UHGV virus genome: UHGV-0392655
Direction: 5' to 3' (one strand)
Source of the DNA: a virus
Length of the DNA: 41,417 nt
Part shown: piece after piece, positions 36,988 to 41,417 of the stretch
Layout of the letters: each line of letters opens with the position of its first letter
How positions within the stretch are numbered: position 1 is the stretch's first letter
Notes under the pieces: generated by a model
Databases searched by the model: none
The model's input: the letters and a program-made list of their open reading frames with translations, nothing else
Told to the model about the DNA's origin: nothing
Program-made: the position numbers and the translations under genes

Positions 36988-37995
36988 TTACTTCCCGGAG
37001 GCCCCCACCCAGGCAACCACCTGGTTGAAATTCGCCACCAGCCACTCCAGCGTCTTGGGCGGGAACGTCTCTTCCCGGCTGGCTCCCTGCACGTAATAAA
37101 TCTGCCGGCCCCGGCAGAAATTCACTACCTGGGGCATCGTCACGCCGTGGTCTCGCAGCAGTTTTTCCAAGTCTGCCACGCTCACGGCAGATTCCGGTTC
37201 CAACTTCAAATCATCAGTAGGAGTGGGCGAAGAAACCACTTCCGGTTCAAGGGGCTTTTCTTCCTGCCTGGATGCCGCCGCCACTGGCGGAGGTACAGCA
37301 GCGCCCGCAAGAGGATTGACGGCGGAAGACTTTTTGGAAGTCCCTGTTACGTTCCGCATATCGGGTCCGGCTTCTTCCGCATCGGCATCCGTATAAGAAT
37401 TGCCCGTCACTTCATTGTAAAGCCAGCACTTTGCCTTTCTCTCCGCCTTCCCCAGAATAGCGTCATGCCCCATTCCGGTATTCACCCGAATTGCCAATTC
37501 CAGCGTCTTTTCGTTGGTTTTTCCGCCGTTCTGTTGCCAGACGATCTTCGGCGTAACAACCGCCCCCTTGTCTTCTTTCAGTCGGGCCAGTCCCAAATCA
37601 ATGCTGTAAGTCAAGCCGGGAACCTTTTTCAGCAAAGCGGTAAAACCTTCCTTGGTGATATAATCCCGCCCGGAAATAATATTGAACTGGTTTCCGGTCA
37701 TCTGTACCCCCTTCAACAAGGCGGAAATGGCGCATTCCCGCACCGTATTAACCGGATAGCCTTTCTCTTTGTCCTTATCTGTTCGGAACCCAAGAGGGGA
37801 CCCTTGAAGAGACATAATAGGCTTCATGACTTCCTCAGTCAGTGCTTCCCGGAGGGCTACAATGGCATTGGCGACCGCAAATGCCTTCTTGAATCCAGTC
37901 AGGTCATTGCAAAGACCGGTTTCGGCCAGCTTGTCTAATTTGTCGGCAACGGTCATCAAATCCTGTTGCCCATTGGAATTCATTAGTGTATTCAT
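36988..37995 (-). CDS. RecT/Redbeta-like single-strand annealing protein.
   Basis: 'ECAISALLKGVQMTGNQFNIISGRDYITKEGFTALLKK' resembles the RecT core (AAQLGLEP...IGYRGLIQLA). The Pro/Ala-rich C-terminal tail is non-conserved. Confidence 0.45.
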   Translation of the reverse strand: MNTLMNSNGQQDLMTVADKLDKLAETGLCNDLTGFKKAFAVANAIVALREALTEEVMKPIMSLQGSPLGFRTDKDKEKGYPVNTVRECAISALLKGVQMTGNQFNIISGRDYITKEGFTALLKKVPGLTYSIDLGLARLKEDKGAVVTPKIVWQQNGGKTNEKTLELAIRVNTGMGHDAILGKAERKAKCWLYNEVTGNSYTDADAEEAGPDMRNVTGTSKKSSAVNPLAGAAVPPPVAAASRQEEKPLEPEVVSSPTPTDDLKLEPESAVSVADLEKLLRDHGVTMPQVVNFCRGRQIYYVQGASREETFPPKTLEWLVANFNQVVAWVGASGK

Positions 37996-38037
37996 AAATC
38001 GTTACTAATTGTAATTTTACAGGTTGCATTCGTAACA

Positions 38038-38068
38038 GGCCGGGGACCAGTTGGAGCTGGCCCCGGCC
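38038..38068. other. GC-rich stem-loop (about 12-bp stem, 6-nt loop) without a U-tract, between two early genes. The adjacent 37997..38036 carries a CGTTAC...TTCGTAAC inverted pair like the ori iterons.
   Basis: GGCCGGGGACCAG ttggag CTGG-CCCCGGCC. Confidence 0.35.
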
Positions 38069-38074
38069 AACTCA

Positions 38075-38899
38075 CTATCGGTCGATTTCTCCGGTGAAGG
38101 AGGATTTCGTACACAGGCACACGGCGCCGCGGTGAATCCGGTTCTCCGGCAAATCCTTTGCCAGCTTGTCGGCAATATCCTTAATCGCATTGCGTTCCGG
38201 GATGTCCGCGCGGACAAGCTGGTACACAAAATACAGCTTCCCGTCAGCCAGGCGCACACGCAGGCGCACCTTGATTTGATACGTGGTATCTCCTTCGGCG
38301 CCCCGGATAACCGGAATCGCAATCGTGAACTCGGTAGGAACATTCAGTTCGCCGCTCTTGGAATCCACCGTTTCGTTATAAGTCAGCTTCGTTTCGCCGT
38401 CGGATGCCCGGTAGGCAGACTTAAACTCCACCTTGCGGTGCATGTCGAACTTGCTCGCCAACGTGAGCATTGCAGACGGGGTGGGCTCCATCACGTCCTT
38501 GCTGTTCTCTTCAAGGAATTCAACAAAATCCTTTTGAGACATAGCTTGTCCGTCGTATTTGGTCCAATTCTCCCACTCCACCGTCTTGTTGAGCTGCATA
38601 GTGGCTTGGTGGTCCCCCCATCCATTACCATCGGGGGAATAATAATTGAGCACGGCGTTTACTTCTCTGTCGCTCACGTAAATCACGCTCTTGACGCCAT
38701 TTTCGGCATCTTCCGCCTTCACGAAATCTGCCAGCGTTTCCAGGTCCAGCAGCTGAACACTGCCGGCCTTGCGAGGGGGCGTATTGCCCAGGCAATCCAG
38801 ATGATACAGGGTATATCCATTCGGCACGACGGCGGCACGGCCATTCGCCACTTCCTGCACGCGGACGGCTGCCAGAGTTTCTTCGTTCAAGTTATCCAT
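38075..38899 (-). CDS. Hypothetical early protein (274 aa).
   Basis: Long ORF with phage-like codon usage. Confidence 0.4.
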   Translation of the reverse strand: MDNLNEETLAAVRVQEVANGRAAVVPNGYTLYHLDCLGNTPPRKAGSVQLLDLETLADFVKAEDAENGVKSVIYVSDREVNAVLNYYSPDGNGWGDHQATMQLNKTVEWENWTKYDGQAMSQKDFVEFLEENSKDVMEPTPSAMLTLASKFDMHRKVEFKSAYRASDGETKLTYNETVDSKSGELNVPTEFTIAIPVIRGAEGDTTYQIKVRLRVRLADGKLYFVYQLVRADIPERNAIKDIADKLAKDLPENRIHRGAVCLCTKSSFTGEIDR

Positions 38900-38944
38900 A
38901 TAATTTTTCTATAATATTTATGTTGTTATGTGGTTGTTGGGAAC

Positions 38945-39340
38945 TTAGGCGCGCTTAGCTACCTTGGCGGGGACTCCGGCATCAACATCGGCAGCAGCCG
39001 GGAATGTCACCTTCACAGGAGCATCCAGCGGCAACTGCCCCTGGGCGGGGTCGTCCGTATGCAGGGCGCCGGAGGTATCGGCAAACATAATGCGCGGGGC
39101 AATCGTCGGATCCGGGATGCTGGCCGTAACCTTCGGTTCAATCACCACCTGATTCACGCCGCCTTTGCGCTTCACATTCAGCTTAAGAGTCAGGGAACCA
39201 TTATTCCCGGTTGCCAGCACGGCGGAAACAAGGCTGGTCATCTTGGTGTCCAGGGCTTCCAAAAGAGCCCCTTCGTTAATCTCGGAAAGTCCTTCGAAAA
39301 AAACATCTCCGGGCACTTGTCGTTTAGTTACTTCACTCAT
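38945..39340 (-). CDS. Hypothetical early protein (131 aa).
   Basis: ORF. Confidence 0.35.
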   Translation of the reverse strand: MSEVTKRQVPGDVFFEGLSEINEGALLEALDTKMTSLVSAVLATGNNGSLTLKLNVKRKGGVNQVVIEPKVTASIPDPTIAPRIMFADTSGALHTDDPAQGQLPLDAPVKVTFPAAADVDAGVPAKVAKRA

Positions 39341-39377
39341 AATATTGATGATCTAATAGTTAATAATAGATGACGAA

Positions 39378-39815
39378 TCAGTCTTCGCATTCCTCGCACT
39401 CGCAGCCAGAGATTCCGAGCATGGCGGCAATGGGATTCATCCGATCCTTCATTTTCGTTTTTTGCTGTTGTTCAAGGAACAAACGGACGCCTTCTCCCAT
39501 AGTTTTTACATTGCCCTCAAAGCATTCGCCTGCTTTGAGAAGATAGCCGAAAGCGCTCGTCCACCCGTAAACTTTGAAATTCATTCTCTCAGACTGAAAA
39601 ACGGAGCTGGAGGGTTCTAATATGTGCCGAGTTTTTCTTTCTTCCGGGACCTCCAAAAAGGCGGAAAAAATAGCGCGCCCATCGTAACGCTTAATCAAAT
39701 CAACAAGGTTATCAAGCGCGGCGCTGATTTCTTCTTTTGTGGATGCAACAGTATCGCAGCAGCAGGCTTCGTCCGGCGTGCAGGACTGCGCATTCTTTTC
39801 TTCGGTATTGTCCAT
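39378..39815 (-). CDS. Hypothetical early protein with Cys clusters at both termini (CTPDEACCC ... GCECEEC).
   Basis: ORF with possible metal-binding ends. Confidence 0.35.
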   Translation of the reverse strand: MDNTEEKNAQSCTPDEACCCDTVASTKEEISAALDNLVDLIKRYDGRAIFSAFLEVPEERKTRHILEPSSSVFQSERMNFKVYGWTSAFGYLLKAGECFEGNVKTMGEGVRLFLEQQQKTKMKDRMNPIAAMLGISGCECEECED

Positions 39816-39827
39816 TGTATTGGTATT

Positions 39828-40043
39828 CTATTGGTTATTGCTTTCCACGATCCGCGTGGGGCGGGACGGTTTTTCCAAACCGTCAAAAGCTTTCATGGGA
39901 GTGGGAGACTCCGGGCAAAACCCGGAATGCGGGCTCTTGCCGGCCTGCAGCTCGGCGTTGTCCAGCTCCACCGACAGCCAGAACAGGCACGCAGCGGAAA
40001 GACCAAAGGAGCAGGCCCCCAAGAACTTGAAAAAGGTATTCAT
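39828..40043 (-). CDS. Small lipoprotein or secreted protein (71 aa).
   Basis: Signal peptide with lipobox-like LGAC. Confidence 0.35.
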   Translation of the reverse strand: MNTFFKFLGACSFGLSAACLFWLSVELDNAELQAGKSPHSGFCPESPTPMKAFDGLEKPSRPTRIVESNNQ

Positions 40044-40258
40044 TTGTTCATTCCTCCTTCTCCGTATTCTCGGAGTAACGCCCGGCGGAACTGCTTGCCG
40101 TGCACCTTCATCTTCCCCTGCTTGCCCCAGTACAGGATCTCGATCACATGCCCCTTGTCCTTCAACTCATGGACGGTCCTCTTGATCACATCCCGGTCGG
40201 AATCGTACATCAGGGCCAAGGTCTTGCAGTCGTAAAACTCTGATTCAGGGTAGGTCAT
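40040..40258 (-). CDS. Hypothetical small protein (72 aa). Start at MTYPESEF.
   Basis: ORF. Confidence 0.3.
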   Translation of the reverse strand: MTYPESEFYDCKTLALMYDSDRDVIKRTVHELKDKGHVIEILYWGKQGKMKVHGKQFRRALLREYGEGGMNK

Positions 40259-40390
40259 AATATTTTCATTGTTAAAGTTCGTGCCAGCCGAGCCGGATAA
40301 ATTCGTCAATCAGGTCTTCCATATTGATTTCGATGGTTGAGTCTTTCATGTTCGTGTTAGTTGGGGCGGGTGGCCGCCCCTGGTTAAAGC

Positions 40391-40723
40391 TCATTCGTTC
40401 AGCCCGGCCCGTTCCAGCATCTGGCAAACCGGATCACTCACCCGGACGGCAATCGGAGTCCACTCATCAGTCAAATCTTCCGGCCTCATCATTTCAATGT
40501 CATGCTTGCCGGTAAGGAGGTCATAGCCCCTTGACTTTGCGATTACTTCCAGGGTAGCTCCATATTTCTTGCAGAGCTTTTTGAGCTGATTGATTTCCTG
40601 GTAAGCATTTCCGGTCAATTTCAGCATATAGGGTTCCATCTGACGGAGATTGATTGCCAATCCGTTGATGATTTGTTCTTCAGTAGCTTTTTGGATGGTG
40701 TTCATGTGTTCGTTCATGTTCAT
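40391..40723 (-). CDS. Hypothetical early protein (110 aa).
   Basis: ORF. Confidence 0.35.
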   Translation of the reverse strand: MNMNEHMNTIQKATEEQIINGLAINLRQMEPYMLKLTGNAYQEINQLKKLCKKYGATLEVIAKSRGYDLLTGKHDIEMMRPEDLTDEWTPIAVRVSDPVCQMLERAGLNE

Positions 40724-40905
40724 GCCGCGGGCTTCTTGGGTTCGGAGTTCTTCTTTCGAGGTTGTGGACTACGGTCTTTTGCCTTCTGGCGGAAATCCAT
40801 GATGGCGCCGATAACGAGAGCCCGGCCGCTCAAGCCTGTAGCGGCCTGCGCCTCCCGGAACCACTCCCGCACTTCTTGCGTTTCTTTTTTCAGGTCGATG
40901 ATCAT
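40720..40905 (-). CDS. First early-gene product (about 61 aa) transcribed divergently from the repressor. Possible Cro-like regulator.
   Basis: Start moved to MIIDLKK, because the longer six-frame ORF would read through the operator repeats and share a CATG start with the repressor. Confidence 0.3.
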   Translation of the reverse strand: MIIDLKKETQEVREWFREAQAATGLSGRALVIGAIMDFRQKAKDRSPQPRKKNSEPKKPAA

Positions 40906-40935
40906 ATTCGCGTCTTGCGTGCTGTTGATATTGTC

Positions 40936-41034
40936 AAAATGCACCCAGAACGAAATTAAGTCAACATTATTTTTCGTTTCTGGTGCATCAATGGTAAATA
41001 TTTCTATTGCGCTTGATGCACTTCTGGTGCATAA
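40936..41034. promoter_or_regulatory. Repressor operator region with four GTGCAT/ATGCAC hexamers. The strongest site is the palindrome TGATGCAC-ttctg-GTGCATAA at 41014..41034, which abuts the repressor start codon.
   Basis: Hexamers at 40940, 40983, 41016 and 41027. Half-site centres of the palindrome are 11 bp apart. Direct repeat ttctgGTGCAT[CA]A at 40976 and 41021. Confidence 0.5.
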
Positions 41035-41041
41035 TGCTGAC

Positions 41042-41417
41042 ATGCTCAATGCTGAAGACATCAAAACGTGGCTCAAAGAGATAGGGAAAGACCGTGCGTG
41101 GTTAGCTGAAAAAACATTGGTCAGTAAGCGAACGGTGGATAACTGGCTTTCTGCCGGAAAGCCGATCGTTCCTCAAAAAATGGAACTCATTGAAAAGCTG
41201 ATGTCAGGAGAGGAAGAAATTGAGTTTGAGCTTCCGCCAGACTTTGAAAAGCAACTTCGCGCCATGGCGGATGAAGCAAAAAAAACTATAGAGGATATGG
41301 TTTCCCATATCCTTCAAGTCACAGCCAAGGCACATCAGAAAAGGAAAGCAGAAGCTCCCAGCCAGCAGTTTACCCCGGTAGAAACATTCACAACCCCTCC
41401 TTTGGAGGCTCAGGGAC
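41042..41417 (+). CDS. N-terminal HTH (XRE-like) DNA-binding domain of the CI-like repressor. The 3' end runs off the window with no stop, and the same frame continues into 1..386 across a circular junction.
   Basis: 'MLNAEDIKTWLKEIGKDRAWLAEKTLVSKRTVDNWLSAGKPIVPQKMELIEKLMSGEEE...' is open to the last base. The trailing C at 41417 plus GA at 1..2 make CGA (Arg), joining to ...IIGNIAAG... in frame. Confidence 0.75.
   Translation, partial: MLNAEDIKTWLKEIGKDRAWLAEKTLVSKRTVDNWLSAGKPIVPQKMELIEKLMSGEEEIEFELPPDFEKQLRAMADEAKKTIEDMVSHILQVTAKAHQKRKAEAPSQQFTPVETFTTPPLEAQG

Noticed and set aside
40720-41076. Full-length 118-aa minus-strand ORF starting at 41076.
   Set aside because: It would read through the operator repeat cluster and would start in a CATG shared with the repressor start codon. 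An internal start at 40905 is more plausible.

Overview
This GC-rich 41.4-kb window reads as a complete, circularly permuted genome of a temperate short-tailed (T7-architecture, podovirus-like) phage, not a chromosomal region with a prophage. The window opens inside a CI/LexA-type repressor gene. Its N-terminal HTH half sits at the 3' edge (41042..41417) and its C-terminal S24 peptidase half at the 5' edge (1..386), in the same reading frame with no stop across the junction. Between the repressor and about 40 leftward genes there is a divergent operator region with GTGCAT repeats. An AT-rich moron island (400..2530) holds a YHYH-repeat secreted protein, two lipoproteins, a peptidase-less paralog of the repressor DNA-binding domain and a secreted protein, and it ends in a strong terminator. 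The rest of the genome is one minus-strand gene series. It starts at a Cro-region hypothetical. A recombination and replication module follows: RecT-like protein, PD-(D/E)xK exonuclease, RusA, two DNA methyltransferases (C5 and DPPH-type), replication initiator with iterons, and DnaC-like loader. Next come a winged-helix regulator, terS, a tail fiber and a lysis cluster with a GH108 lysozyme. Then come portal, scaffold, a tyrosine integrase cassette with an attP-like repeat region (plus strand, sitting between scaffold and capsid genes), major capsid and a gp12-like tail tubular protein. TerL and a set of internal virion (ejection) proteins close the series: a 231-aa Gly/Ala-rich membrane protein, an 866-aa protein with a C-terminal glucosaminidase domain, and a 3306-aa giant protein. 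The giant protein carries two PARP-like (H-Y-E class) ADP-ribosyltransferase catalytic cores and an HExxH zincin motif, so it resembles the large polyvalent proteins of phages. A conserved ~33-bp motif sits at a fixed distance (33-35 nt) upstream of five late-gene start codons. All calls are from reading the sequence by eye; nothing was searched or computed.
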